The notes beneath the pieces were generated by a model, which was given only the letters and a program-made list of their open reading frames with translations, ran no database searches and was not told the origin of the DNA. A stretch of DNA of 64,000 nucleotides from an uncultured Actinomycetota bacterium (GTDB lineage Bacteria; Actinomycetota; Actinomycetes; Mycobacteriales; Mycobacteriaceae), in the NCBI GenBank assembly GCA_963801365.1, contig CAWDEZ010000007.1, positions 276,124 to 340,123 on the forward strand, given 5' to 3'. Shown piece after piece: positions 10,251 through 20,336 of the stretch. The translations under genes and the position numbers were made by a program. The stretch's first letter is position 1. The number at the start of each line of letters is the position of its first letter.

Positions 10251-10417
10251 AGGTAGAGCATGTCAAACCATCTTGACGATTCATCAGTGCACCGCGCACC
10301 GGTACCTACCCCGTACCTACGACGCAACCGAACCGCAGGCGAACCGCGACTGAACCGCCGCCGTGTGCCAGCCGCACTCAAACCAGAGGTCTGATCGGTT
10401 TTTGTGTTCGCCCCTAG

Positions 10418-12102
10418 CCTGAATTTTTCGTGCGAGTTCGTCGGTGATGGGGTGTTGATGCGCGAAAGCGCCTGTCCCGCAGTGCAGGATCGACTTGTCT
10501 AAGGTCCGGTCGGCACAAGCAGGAGAGGCACTTTGCAGGTGAAGAGTATCGCGTCGGCGCGGCGGGTGAAAGTGTCGGCGGACGGGCACGGCGTGGTGTC
10601 GCATGCGGGGATGGGCTTGTTGCGCGAGTTGGCCGACTTGACCGGGTTGTCGGCGCAGGTGACCGCCGCGTTGGCCGACACGTACCAGGGTCCGTGGGTG
10701 TATGCGCCGGGTGCAGTGTTCGCGGATCTGGCGGCAGCGGTGGCCGACGGCGCGGACTGTATCGACGGGGTCGGGCAGCGGTGCGGGGACCGCGAGCATG
10801 TTTTCGGGGCGAAGGCGTCGACGACCACGATGTGGCGGCTGGTTGACCAGCGTGTCGATGCGATACATCTGCCGCGGGTGCGCGCTGCCCGCGCGGCGGC
10901 CAGGGCGGCGGCGTGGGCCGCCGGGGCGGCCCCCAAGCGCGGCGGGTGGCTGCATATCGACATCGACGCCACATTGACCATCGACCACTCCGACAACAAG
11001 CAGAACGCGGCGCCGACCTGGAAGAAGACCTTCGGGCATCACCCGTTGTTGGCGTTTTTGGATCGTCCGGAGATCGCCGGGGGCGAGGCGCTGGCCGGGC
11101 TGCTGCGGGCCGGCAACGCGGGCAGCAACACCGCGGCCGACCACGTCACGGTCCTGGAGCAGGCGTTGGCGTCGCTGCCGCCGGACTGGCGTCCGGGCCG
11201 GGATCCCGCGGCGCCGAAGGTGCTGGTGCGGTCCGACGCCGCTGGGGCCACCCACGCGTTCGCCACGGCCTGCCGAGCTCACCGGGTCGGGTTCTCGTTG
11301 GGCCACCCGGTCGACACCCGGGTGCAAGACGCGGCCGACACCCTCAACCGCGGTCAGGCCTGGTACCCGGCGATCGAGTCAGACGGTGAGATCCGCGACG
11401 GGGCGTGGGTGGCCGAGGCCACCGACCTGGTCGACATGTCGGCGTGGCCTGCCGGCACCCGGCTGATCCTGCGCAAGGAACGCCCCCACCCCGGTGCGCA
11501 GCTGCGGTTCACCGACGCCGACGGCATGCGGGTCACCGCGTTCATCACCGACACAGCCCCCGGTTTGATCGCTGGGCAGCTGGCCGGCCTCGAGCTGCGC
11601 CACCGCCAGCACGCCCGCGTGGAGGACCGCATCCGCGAAGCCAAGGCGACCGGACTGGCCAACCTGCCCTGCCACGGATTCCACGCCAATACTGCCTGGC
11701 TCGAAATTGTCCTGGCTGCAACCGATCTCGTCGCCTGGGCCAAACTCATCGGATTCACCGCCCACCCCGAGATCTCCCGCTGCGAGATCGCCGCCTTCCG
11801 CTACCGGGTGCTGCACGTGGCTGCCCGCATCACCCGCGGCGCCCGCCAACTCCGGTTACGCGTCGATGCCAGCTGGCGTTGGGCCATCGCGATTGCAACC
11901 GCCTGGCACCGCATCCGCGCCGCCTTCCCCTGACCCACGGACCCACCAGCCCCCAACGACCACGAACCCACCACGGCCCTGGAAAGCCCGCCCCGCCCCG
12001 CGACACGGGGCCATCAAACATACGACATCCCGAAAAGACCCATCACACAGGCTAATCCGCAGCCAACCCTCAACCCAAACCTACAGGCATGCAAAATCGA
12101 GG
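10418..12102 (+). mobile_element. IS1380-family element, copy 2 (inverted relative to copy 1)
   Basis: Ends CCTGAATTTTT / AAAATCGAGG; CTAG duplicated at 10414-10417 and 12103-12106; 1685 bp. Confidence 0.95.
10533..11933 (+). CDS. IS1380 transposase
   Basis: Same 466-aa translation as 7750-9150. Confidence 0.95.
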   Translation: MQVKSIASARRVKVSADGHGVVSHAGMGLLRELADLTGLSAQVTAALADTYQGPWVYAPGAVFADLAAAVADGADCIDGVGQRCGDREHVFGAKASTTTMWRLVDQRVDAIHLPRVRAARAAARAAAWAAGAAPKRGGWLHIDIDATLTIDHSDNKQNAAPTWKKTFGHHPLLAFLDRPEIAGGEALAGLLRAGNAGSNTAADHVTVLEQALASLPPDWRPGRDPAAPKVLVRSDAAGATHAFATACRAHRVGFSLGHPVDTRVQDAADTLNRGQAWYPAIESDGEIRDGAWVAEATDLVDMSAWPAGTRLILRKERPHPGAQLRFTDADGMRVTAFITDTAPGLIAGQLAGLELRHRQHARVEDRIREAKATGLANLPCHGFHANTAWLEIVLAATDLVAWAKLIGFTAHPEISRCEIAAFRYRVLHVAARITRGARQLRLRVDASWRWAIAIATAWHRIRAAFP

Positions 12103-12153
12103 CTAGGGCCGTCTATCAGGCGATTCCGAACGCTCGTTCCCATCTGTAAACAC

Positions 12154-12198
12154 CTTCCCAAGCTGAATACGCGGGTTCGATTCCCGTCATCGGCTCCA
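12154..12198 (+). repeat. att core: 3' half of tRNA-Gly(CCC)
   Basis: CTTCCCAAGCTGAATACGCGGGTTCGATTCCCGTCATCGGCTCCA is anticodon loop, T-arm and acceptor 3' strand; D-arm and 5' acceptor strand are absent. Confidence 0.88.
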
Positions 12199-12472
12199 CG
12201 GAACCTCTGGTAGCGAGAGACTTCCGCCAGAGACTCCCGCCGCCAGCGCGATTCTGTACCCCCGACGTACCCCCCACCCCGAGTATGTGGCTGTAAGCTG
12301 GGGCTCTGCAGCGTCACGTGGGCTCCACAAGACGTCGCGTGGACAGGGCAGTTCCCGTCGAGGGATTATGTTCCTGTCAATTTCCTGCGATGTTGCGCTC
12401 TTCGCGAAGCGGCTCCGTCGCATCCTCGTAAGGTCAGCGCACAAGCAGCGGCGTTAGGGAGCGGGCAGTGAA

Positions 12473-13903
12473 TTGCGCGCGAGATTCACAACTAGCCCGA
12501 ACCCGCGTGTGCGACAAGCCGATTCCTTTCTTCACACGGTACTCAAGGGTCGACGGGTGGGAGAACAGCACGTGAACCAATCAACACAGTCAGTGCTCAG
12601 AGAGCAGGTCGCCGCGGCATTGGCGCAGCTGCCTGAGGTCAGTGTCGATCCGGAGGCCGTGGTGAGTCACGTGATGCGCCCAGAGCACATGACCACTGCC
12701 GCCGGGTATCACGGTCCCGTCGGACGGCTCGGTCCGGTCAGGCCGCCCAGCCCCCCGAGAACGCACCTCGTTCTGGATGTCGACGCGTTCATCGCCGCCC
12801 TCCAATACGTGCTGACCAACAATGTCGCCGGTTACGCCATCGGCCTCAACCAGAACGGATACGCGCTCAGACGTGCCCAGTGGGGTTACGCGCACGAGCC
12901 GCAGGACACGACCGGGCTTTGGACCTCCGATACCCGCAGCCACGTCGCGAGTCTGAGCAAACAGATCACCGCAATGGCGATGACCCAAGCCCTTGTCGAT
13001 ATTGGTATTCGGCCCGACGCAAAGATCATTGGCTACCTGCCGACCTACTGGGCGAAGGGGCCCAACATTGACCAGATCGACTTCGACCATCTACTGAAGC
13101 ACACAGCCGGCCTCAGGTTTGGGCAAGCCAACACCCAGTCGGACTACGAGACTATGAAGCAGGCGATCGCATCAGGGACATTCGACATCGACCATTACTC
13201 TTATCAGAACATCAACTACGGGCTGTGCCGCATTCTGCTGACCACAATCTACGACTACGTACCGGCCGCCTGGTCGCCCAACTATGGCATCTATGAGCTC
13301 GACCTCATTTGGGATTACCTGACCATCTACTTCTATGAAATCTACGTCGCCCAACACGTATTCGCACCAGCGGGAGTCAGCGACCCGACCGTATCCGCAC
13401 CAGCGGGAGTCCACGGCCCGAAGCTGCAGCACCAACCGGGCGATGCCTTGGCCTACCCGTTCCCGGTGGCCGGCCAAACGGGCTGGAACTCAGGAGACCT
13501 CAGTACAGGGGCCGGCGCCGACGGATGGCACATGACGGTCAACGAAGTGCTCGCGGTAATGGGGACCTTCCGCCGGACCAATGCGATCGTGACCATCGCG
13601 CAAGCCGAGGCCATGCTCGACGGCATGTGGGGCATCAACTATCGCGTGCAGACGTCGCTGGGCTGGTTCTATGCGAAGGTCGGCTATTGGCGTAACGACC
13701 CGCTGATTCCTTTTACCGAACAGGGAGTGCTGTTCTACCTCCCGGACGACATGGAGCTAGTGGTTCTCGCAAATTCGCCGATCGGGCCGGAGCCGGTAAG
13801 AAACATCGATACGAACGAAGAGGACAGATTGTATGAATATGTCAAAGGCGCCTACCTCAACAGCTTCGTCTACGTCCCGGTCCCGTGGGTAGTGCATCAG
13901 TAG
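12473..13903 (+). CDS. Serine hydrolase, beta-lactamase/PBP-like family (start uncertain)
   Basis: SxxK (ASLSKQIT), LLKHTAG, YxN (YSYQNINY), KVG at the KTG position. Confidence 0.8.
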   Translation: MRARFTTSPNPRVRQADSFLHTVLKGRRVGEQHVNQSTQSVLREQVAAALAQLPEVSVDPEAVVSHVMRPEHMTTAAGYHGPVGRLGPVRPPSPPRTHLVLDVDAFIAALQYVLTNNVAGYAIGLNQNGYALRRAQWGYAHEPQDTTGLWTSDTRSHVASLSKQITAMAMTQALVDIGIRPDAKIIGYLPTYWAKGPNIDQIDFDHLLKHTAGLRFGQANTQSDYETMKQAIASGTFDIDHYSYQNINYGLCRILLTTIYDYVPAAWSPNYGIYELDLIWDYLTIYFYEIYVAQHVFAPAGVSDPTVSAPAGVHGPKLQHQPGDALAYPFPVAGQTGWNSGDLSTGAGADGWHMTVNEVLAVMGTFRRTNAIVTIAQAEAMLDGMWGINYRVQTSLGWFYAKVGYWRNDPLIPFTEQGVLFYLPDDMELVVLANSPIGPEPVRNIDTNEEDRLYEYVKGAYLNSFVYVPVPWVVHQ

Positions 13904-14072
13904 GGCGCGCGCCATTTCATGAGACTGAGGTTCAGCGAGTCGCCCTTGCATCGGGAATACGCCCCGCTCACTTTCCGAACAACGCGATGACGGGCGGCAC
14001 CGCCTTTGGTTACAACGTCGTGCAGCCCGTCAAAGCCAGCATGCCAAGGCGGCGGCGCAAGTAGGGCGGCCG

Positions 14073-14441
14073 GTGACACTGGTCGTGCCCGGAGGCCTCA
14101 TTAGCGGCCATGTCGAAAACGCCAGCGACCACTACAACGAGCTGTCGAGGTATCTCCAAGACGGGGTCGCACGCTTCGGCGACGAACAGAAGAACGAAAC
14201 TGCAAAAACATTCGCAGAGTTCTTCTTTGAAGAGCCAGCCCAGGTAATGGCCGATCAGGTTCTAGCCGACGAACAAGCGTTCAAGGACGGCAAGCTGAGA
14301 GAACCACGCCACTTCATGACGCGCTATCTACACCTCAAGCAGGCCTACTACACCGCCCCAGGCCAAACATCAGTTTCGTTGGACCGCACTCGGGTCCTGC
14401 TGAGCCAGGTCGTCGCAGACCGCCTTCTGTTGACCTACTGA
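14073..14441 (+). CDS. Hypothetical protein, GvpU-like pattern
   Basis: TLVVPGGLISG...Y and YLHLKQA segments match the GvpU-like pattern; no gas-vesicle genes nearby. Confidence 0.4.
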   Translation: MTLVVPGGLISGHVENASDHYNELSRYLQDGVARFGDEQKNETAKTFAEFFFEEPAQVMADQVLADEQAFKDGKLREPRHFMTRYLHLKQAYYTAPGQTSVSLDRTRVLLSQVVADRLLLTY

Positions 14442-14463
14442 CCGGCACTCTCGATGCGGCTCC

Positions 14464-14636
14464 TCGGTTATCCCAAAGCGGCACAACATTTCCGCCGTAG
14501 CTCGGTTTGGGCGTGGCCAGCGCGCCGAGCGCGGCCATGTCCTCGGTCGCGTCGTCGTCGGGGAACAGGTGCACGTACACGTCGAGCGTCGTGCGGACGT
14601 TCGCGTGGCCCATGCGGCCGCTGAGCTTGTCGAATG
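14464..14636 (-). pseudogene. C-terminal stump of a tRNA-targeting tyrosine integrase
   Basis: RMGHANVRTTLDVYVHLFPDDD (H...Y catalytic tail), 170 bp downstream of the tRNA; same position as the M. tuberculosis Rv2309c integrase fragment. Confidence 0.8.
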
Positions 14637-14799
14637 TACTGCCTAGGCGGGGTGTGGACTACCGCGCTCTGGTCTCGTTGGGCCGCCCGAGTTAGCTAGC
14701 CGATCAAAGGCCCGCCCGCTCGCGTATAGGGCGCGTATATGAAACGGCGTAGCGGTCGTCACCAAGGCCCTGGCAAGCCTGCTACCAGCGCTTTCTCGG

Positions 14800-14873
14800 T
14801 AGGGCGGGCGGGACTCGAACCCGCGACCAACGGATTATGAGTCCGCGGCTCTAACCAACTGAGCTACCGCCCC
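14800..14873 (-). tRNA. tRNA with CAU anticodon (probably tRNA-Ile2; the locus annotated metV in M. tuberculosis)
   Basis: GGGGCGGTAGCTCAGTTGGTTAGAGCCGCGGACTCATAATCCGTTGGTCGCGGGTTCGAGTCCCGCCCGCCCTA folds as a cloverleaf; CCA is not fully encoded. Ile2 versus elongator Met is not resolved. Confidence 0.95.
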
Positions 14874-14884
14874 TGCGAGTCACC

Positions 14885-14890
14885 ATGGTA
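14885..14890 (-). promoter_or_regulatory. Likely -10 element of the tRNA promoter
   Basis: TACCAT (TANNNT) 11 nt upstream of tRNA position 1. Confidence 0.45.
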
Positions 14891-14897
14891 GGCCGCG

Positions 14898-15725
14898 TCA
14901 CACATACTCCGTCGAGCCGTCCGCCAGAATCCGGTATCGCTCGGTACCGTGCTTGACCCGCGGCACATCGGCGGCCATCGCGACGGCAATCTTGTTGCTG
15001 GCGTTGCGCATTACGTCGAACGTCATTTCGACGGCCTTGCTCTCCGAAAAATAGGTCCGGACCCCGGCGGCGACTTCAGGCGCGATGTGCGCCGGTGACC
15101 AGATCAGCGCGTCGACATACCGCAGCGCCGCCTTGTGCGCGTCGGTCAGCGAATTCGACGCTTCGTAGAACTCGATGTCGCCGTACATATCCTCTGTCCC
15201 ACCGGCATCCAACGCGGTGGCTTCACGCAGCGAGTTGCACAACCGGCAGTGGTGCTGCGCCGCGCCACGTAACCGCACGATCTCCGATGTCACCGGATCG
15301 AGCGCGCTCTCTCGGGCAACGGCCGGCAAGAAGTCGTTGAACACCGCGTCGGCGGGATCGATCGTGCGATCCATTTCGGTCATTCGCATCACCCCGCCCA
15401 AGTCCAGCGCTTCCAGCCCGGCCCGTACCCGCGGCACGAAGTCCGCGATGAACATCAGGAGCACCGCGCTGAAGGCTTCTCGCCCAAGCGATTCCAGCAA
15501 CCGGCGCCGCTGCTCATCGGAAATCACCGACACGTCCACGCTGAACTGTTCGGCGAAGTCGACGACCGCCTCCTCGGCTGCCGAGTGTGGAGTATCGACC
15601 TCCACCTCCGCGGGCAGCGGCGGCAGCCCCAACACTTGCGCGCAGGTCCGCCGGACCAGTCCGTTGATTCGCGCCATTGACCCGTCCGGCGACACCACCA
15701 CCAGTCGCGCTAATTCGTCGATCAC
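14898..15725 (-). CDS. Carboxymuconolactone decarboxylase / AhpD-like protein (Rv2313c-like)
   Basis: [21 protein letters not shown] CxxC motif; synteny. Confidence 0.85.
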   Translation of the reverse strand: MIDELARLVVVSPDGSMARINGLVRRTCAQVLGLPPLPAEVEVDTPHSAAEEAVVDFAEQFSVDVSVISDEQRRRLLESLGREAFSAVLLMFIADFVPRVRAGLEALDLGGVMRMTEMDRTIDPADAVFNDFLPAVARESALDPVTSEIVRLRGAAQHHCRLCNSLREATALDAGGTEDMYGDIEFYEASNSLTDAHKAALRYVDALIWSPAHIAPEVAAGVRTYFSESKAVEMTFDVMRNASNKIAVAMAADVPRVKHGTERYRILADGSTEYV

Positions 15726-15735
15726 ACGCCAGACG

Positions 15736-17097
15736 CTACTGCGCCTGGCTCACGCTCGACATATAGAAGTCCGGGATCATCAACGGAGGCATCGCGGCCC
15801 GCGTCGCCCAATCGCCCCATTCGCGGGGCAACGTCACCTCTGTGGCACCCACCTGAGTTGCCCGTCCCAGCAGGTCAAGCGGGCTTTCGTTGAACCGGAA
15901 GTTGTTCACCGCCGCCACCGCCTTGCCGTCCTCGACCAGATACACGCCATCGCGGGTCAGCCCGGTCAGCAGTAAGTTCGTCGGGTCGACCGTGCGGATG
16001 TACCACAGCGTCGTCAGCAGCAACGCGCGCTCTGTCTCGGCAATCATGTCCTGCAAGCTGGTGTCCCCGCCCGTCATCACCAGGTTGTCGGCGGCCACCG
16101 CGACCGGCGCGTCGAATTCGGAAGCCGCCGCGCGCGGATACGCCAATGCGTTGATCACCCCGTCACGGATCCAGTCAACGCGGTCGATGTCCATGCCGTT
16201 GTCGAACACCGACAACGTTTCCGACGAACTGTTTGTCGCCACGAACGGCCGGCACTCCAGCGGCCGCGCCGACGGATCCGAGTACAGCGTAACCGGCATC
16301 TGGGTCAGTCGCTCCCCGACGCGCGTGCCGCCGCCGGCCGCCGAGAACGCGGTGCGGCCCTCCTCGGCGCCGCGGCCGTCCATCATCCACGCCATGTAGA
16401 TCATCAAGTCGGCGACCGTCGACGGCGGCATCAGCGTCGGATACCGGCCCGCCGGCAGCGAAACCGTCCGCCGCGACCAGCCCAGCCGCGTCGAAAGATC
16501 CTCCAGCAGCTGCTCCGTCGGCACGTTCAGAAAGTCGGGTGTGCCGACTCCGGCCCACGCGCTGGCGCCGTCACGTTTCGCATTGATCTCGACCGAACCG
16601 GTCGGCTGCGTGAACCTGCGCAGCACGCCGGTCGACGTGGCCAGAAACGTCGTCGCCACCTCGTGACGGGCGTACCCGTACAGCGTGTCCGCACCGCGGA
16701 ATCCTTTCGACAACGACGCCGCCAGCGCCCCGAACACCTCCGGACCCGTCGCCGCGACCGCGAGATCCCAATCGCCCGGGCTGTCCGAACCCGTGACCAG
16801 CGGCGCATTGTCGCGGGCCTCCGGCGCGGCACGCGCCGCATCCTCACTCGCCGCGACCACGTCGCGAATCACCGACGGGTCGACTTCACTGGTCTGTACA
16901 GAGCCGAAGTGCGCCTTGTCGAAGTCCCGTTCAATGGAGATCACCGACATAAACCGGGCCGTGGAGACCCCATTGGTGGTCATCGAACTGTTCGCCCAGC
17001 GCAGCGACGCTTCGGCCCGGTCCGTGACGATCACGATCGTCTCGTCGGCCTTCGCCGCCTCCAAGACCTCGTCGACCACCTTCTGCGGCGCGATCAA
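15736..17097 (-). CDS. TldD/PmbA family protein, PmbA/TldE-like subunit (Rv2314c-like)
   Basis: TTG start overlaps the upstream stop; LTGLTRDG...NNFRFNESP motifs. Confidence 0.9.
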   Translation of the reverse strand: MIAPQKVVDEVLEAAKADETIVIVTDRAEASLRWANSSMTTNGVSTARFMSVISIERDFDKAHFGSVQTSEVDPSVIRDVVAASEDAARAAPEARDNAPLVTGSDSPGDWDLAVAATGPEVFGALAASLSKGFRGADTLYGYARHEVATTFLATSTGVLRRFTQPTGSVEINAKRDGASAWAGVGTPDFLNVPTEQLLEDLSTRLGWSRRTVSLPAGRYPTLMPPSTVADLMIYMAWMMDGRGAEEGRTAFSAAGGGTRVGERLTQMPVTLYSDPSARPLECRPFVATNSSSETLSVFDNGMDIDRVDWIRDGVINALAYPRAAASEFDAPVAVAADNLVMTGGDTSLQDMIAETERALLLTTLWYIRTVDPTNLLLTGLTRDGVYLVEDGKAVAAVNNFRFNESPLDLLGRATQVGATEVTLPREWGDWATRAAMPPLMIPDFYMSSVSQAQ

Positions 17098-18611
17098 TGC
17101 CCGGCCTCCGTCACCGTGTTCAGCACCCGCACGCCGCGGAACAAACCCGACGGGCACCCATGGCTGACGGCCGCGACCTGCCCGGGCTGCGCCTTGCCGC
17201 AGTTGAACGCGCCGCCGAGCAGCCACGTCGACTCGCCGCCGACCGCCTCCAGCGACTCCCAGAAATCCGTCGTGGTGGCCTGGTAAGCCACGTCGCGTAG
17301 CTGCCCGTCGAGTTCTCCATTGCGGATCGCCCAGAAGCGTTGTCCGGTGAACTGAAAGTTGTAGCGCTGCATATCAATTGACCACGACTTGTCGCCGACG
17401 ATGTAGATGCCGTTTTCCACCCGGGCGATCAGGTCCTTGGTCGAGATGTCCTCATGCGCAGGCTGCAGCGACACGTTGGCCATCCGCTGAATCGGCACGT
17501 GGTGCGGCGAGTCGGCGTACGAGCAACCGTTGGACCGCTGCTCCCCCAGCCGCGGCGCGAACACCCGATCGAGTTGATAGCCGACGAACACGCCGTCGCG
17601 CACCAAGTCCCAGGTTTGTGCAGCGACGCCCTCGTCGTCGTAACCGACGGTGGCCAACCCGTAATCGACGCAGCGGTCAGCGGTCACGTTCATCACCGGC
17701 GAGCCGTAACGCAGCGTGCCGAGCTTGTCCGGCGTCGCGAACGACGTGCCAGCATACGCCGCCTCATACCCGATCGCCCGGTCGTATTCGGTGGCGTGGC
17801 CGATCGATTCGTGGATCGTCAGCCACAGATTGGACGGATCGATCACCAGATCCGTGTGCCCCGGTGTGACGGTCGGCGCCTTGACCTTCTCGGCCAACAG
17901 CGACGGCATTTCGGCGAGCTCGTTCGACCAGTCCCAGATCCCGTCGTCGACGACGGCCTCCCAACCCCGCGCGGTGGGCGGCCCCAGCGTGCGCATCGTG
18001 TCGAAGCTGCCGGCGGCGGCGTCGACGGCCACCGCCTCGAGCCTCGGTTGCACCCGGACTCGCTGCTGGGTGATCGACGACCCGTAGACGTCGGCGTAGA
18101 ACGTCTGCTCTTTGACGCCGTGATACATCGCGGATGCATGGTCGATGCCGTCGGCGGTCAGCAGGCGGTCCGCATAGTCCTGTAACAGCGCGAACTTCTC
18201 TGCGGCGGTCACCTCGAACGGGTCCGTCAGGTACGACGAGACCCACTCGGCGTCGCGGTAAACCGGCTCATCGGCGAGCTGGACGTTCTCCGCGTTCAGC
18301 GTGTGCAGGGTCCGGGCCACCTGCACGGCACGGCGAGCGGTGTCCGCGGCCATCTCGGGCGCAAGTTCGGCGTGCGACGCGAACCCCCACGTGCCGTCGA
18401 CGATCACGCGGACAGCCACCCCCACCTCCCGGGTGATCACCGAGGTCTCCAACCTCGCGTCGCGTAAGTGGATCAGCTCGCTGACGACCCGGTGGATGCG
18501 CAGGTCAGCGTGGCTGGCGCCGGCCTTGGTGGCCGCGCTCAGCGCGGCGTCAGCCAGATCGCGACGGGGCAGGGCCAGAAACTCCGGATCGATCCCCCCG
18601 CTCGCTGCCAC
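17094..18611 (-). CDS. tldD: TldD metalloprotease (Rv2315c-like)
   Basis: LTIHESIGHATE (HExxGH) and CGKAQPGQ C-terminal motif. Confidence 0.93.
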   Translation of the reverse strand: MAASGGIDPEFLALPRRDLADAALSAATKAGASHADLRIHRVVSELIHLRDARLETSVITREVGVAVRVIVDGTWGFASHAELAPEMAADTARRAVQVARTLHTLNAENVQLADEPVYRDAEWVSSYLTDPFEVTAAEKFALLQDYADRLLTADGIDHASAMYHGVKEQTFYADVYGSSITQQRVRVQPRLEAVAVDAAAGSFDTMRTLGPPTARGWEAVVDDGIWDWSNELAEMPSLLAEKVKAPTVTPGHTDLVIDPSNLWLTIHESIGHATEYDRAIGYEAAYAGTSFATPDKLGTLRYGSPVMNVTADRCVDYGLATVGYDDEGVAAQTWDLVRDGVFVGYQLDRVFAPRLGEQRSNGCSYADSPHHVPIQRMANVSLQPAHEDISTKDLIARVENGIYIVGDKSWSIDMQRYNFQFTGQRFWAIRNGELDGQLRDVAYQATTTDFWESLEAVGGESTWLLGGAFNCGKAQPGQVAAVSHGCPSGLFRGVRVLNTVTEAGH

Positions 18612-18658
18612 GCGTCCTACCGTAACCCGTCGGCCGGAGCGCGGCTTTAATATCCGGC

Positions 18659-19531
18659 ATGCCCCGCCCGCGTGTCCGAACAGCCATGCTGGCATACGCG
18701 CTGCTGACGCCCAGCCTGTTCGGGGTTGCGGTGTTTCTGCTGCTGCCGATGTTCGTGGTGGGCTGGCTGAGCCTGCACCGCTGGGATCTGCTGGGTCCGA
18801 TCCGCTATGTCGGACTGGACAATTGGCGCTCCGTCCTCACCGACGGCACGTTCGGCAACTCGCTGGCAGTGACCGCGGCGTTCGTCGCGCTGGTGGTGCC
18901 CGTGCAAAGTGCGTTCGGGCTGTTCGCGGCGTGGCTACTGGCCCGGCAACTGCCCGGCAGCACGTTCTTCCGTACGGTGTACGTGCTGCCATGGATCTGT
19001 GCGCCGATCGCGATCGCCGTGCTGTGGCGCTGGCTGCTGGCTCCCACCGACGGGGCCATCAACACGGTGCTGGACCGACGAGTCGAGTGGCTCACCGATC
19101 CCGGGCTGGCCTTGCCGGTGGTGTCGGCGGTCACCGTCTGGACCAATGTGGGCTACGTAACGCTGTTCTTCCTCGCCGGCATCCTCGCCATCCCGGAGCA
19201 GATTCACGACGCGGCGCGATTAGATGGCGCCAACGCGTGGCAGCGGTTCTGGAAGATCACCGTGCCGTTGCTTCGGCCAACGCTGTTCTTCGTGCTGGTG
19301 ACCGGAATTGTCAGTGTGGCACAAGTTTTCGATACTGTGTATGCACTGACGGGTGGCGGCCCGCAGAACCGGACGGACCTTGTCGCCCACCGGATCTACG
19401 CCGAGGCGTTCGGCGTTGCGGCTGTGGGCCGGGCCGCGGTGATGGCGATCGTGCTGTTCGCGATCCTGGTCGCGGCCACCGTGGTGCAGCACCTGTACTT
19501 CCGTCGGCGGATCAGCTATGACCTCGGCTAG
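18659..19531 (+). CDS. uspA: Carbohydrate ABC transporter permease
   Basis: EAA loop DAARLDGA, 6 TM helices; syntenic with Rv2316. Confidence 0.9.
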   Translation: MPRPRVRTAMLAYALLTPSLFGVAVFLLLPMFVVGWLSLHRWDLLGPIRYVGLDNWRSVLTDGTFGNSLAVTAAFVALVVPVQSAFGLFAAWLLARQLPGSTFFRTVYVLPWICAPIAIAVLWRWLLAPTDGAINTVLDRRVEWLTDPGLALPVVSAVTVWTNVGYVTLFFLAGILAIPEQIHDAARLDGANAWQRFWKITVPLLRPTLFFVLVTGIVSVAQVFDTVYALTGGGPQNRTDLVAHRIYAEAFGVAAVGRAAVMAIVLFAILVAATVVQHLYFRRRISYDLG

Positions 19532-20336
19532 CCGCGCCGTCGCCATCTACGCGATGCTGATCGTCGGCACGGTGATCACGCTGGTGCCGTTCGTTTTTGG
19601 GCTGTTGACGTCGTTCACCCCGGCACGGCAGTTCGCCACCGGCACGCCGCTTCAGCCGCCGAATCCGCCGACCTTGGCCAACTACGCCGGTCTTGCCGAC
19701 GCAGGGTTCGGCCTGGCCGTTGTGGTGACGGCGCTGATGACCGCGGTGATCGTGCTCGGCCAGTTAACGTTCTCGGTGTTGGCCGCCTATGCGTTCGCCC
19801 GGTTGACGTTTCCCGGACGCGACGCGCTGTTCTGGGTCTATATCGCGACGCTGATGGTGCCGCCGACCGTGACGATCGTCCCGCTGTATTTGATGATGGC
19901 CGAAGCGGGGCTACGCAACACTTTCTGGGCGCTGGTGTTGCCGTTCGTGTTCGGATCGCCGTATGCGATCTTCTTGCTGCGCGAGTACTTTCGCACCATC
20001 CCGGCCGATCTGATCAACGCGGCACGCCTCGACGGGGCGAGCACGCTCGACGTGCTCGTGCACGTGATGATCCCGGCCAGCAAGCCCATCCTCGTGACGC
20101 TCACCCTGATCACCGTCGTCTCTCAGTGGAACAACTTCATGTGGCCGCTGGTGATCACCAGCGGGCCGAAGTGGCGGGTGCTCACCGTTGCCACGGCCGG
20201 GCTGCAGTCGCAGTACAACGCGCAGTGGACACTGGTGATGGCCGCAACCACGCTCGCGATCGTCCCGTTGATCGTGCTGTTCGTCGCCTTCCAGCGCCAC
20301 ATCGTGCGCTCGATCGTCGTGACGGGGCTGAAATGA
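19518..20336 (+). CDS. uspB: Carbohydrate ABC transporter permease
   Basis: NAARLDGA loop and WNNFMWPL; syntenic with Rv2317. Confidence 0.9.
   Translation: MTSASRAVAIYAMLIVGTVITLVPFVFGLLTSFTPARQFATGTPLQPPNPPTLANYAGLADAGFGLAVVVTALMTAVIVLGQLTFSVLAAYAFARLTFPGRDALFWVYIATLMVPPTVTIVPLYLMMAEAGLRNTFWALVLPFVFGSPYAIFLLREYFRTIPADLINAARLDGASTLDVLVHVMIPASKPILVTLTLITVVSQWNNFMWPLVITSGPKWRVLTVATAGLQSQYNAQWTLVMAATTLAIVPLIVLFVAFQRHIVRSIVVTGLK

Noticed and set aside
7577-12106. IS1380-mrr-IS1380 as an already transposed composite transposon
   Set aside because: Each IS has its own TSD (TTAG versus CTAG), and the outer flanks do not match.
12154-12198. Functional tRNA-Gly gene
   Set aside because: The 5' acceptor strand and D-arm are missing; only the 3' half is present.
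12473-13903. Bona fide beta-lactam resistance gene
   Set aside because: The fold family is broad; there is no clear signal peptide and the KTG triad is non-canonical. Activity cannot be inferred.
14641-14670. Duplicated 3' end of the tRNA(CAU) as the island's second att
   Set aside because: TAGGCGGGGTGTGGACT only loosely resembles TAGGGCGGGCGGGACT; too degenerate to call.
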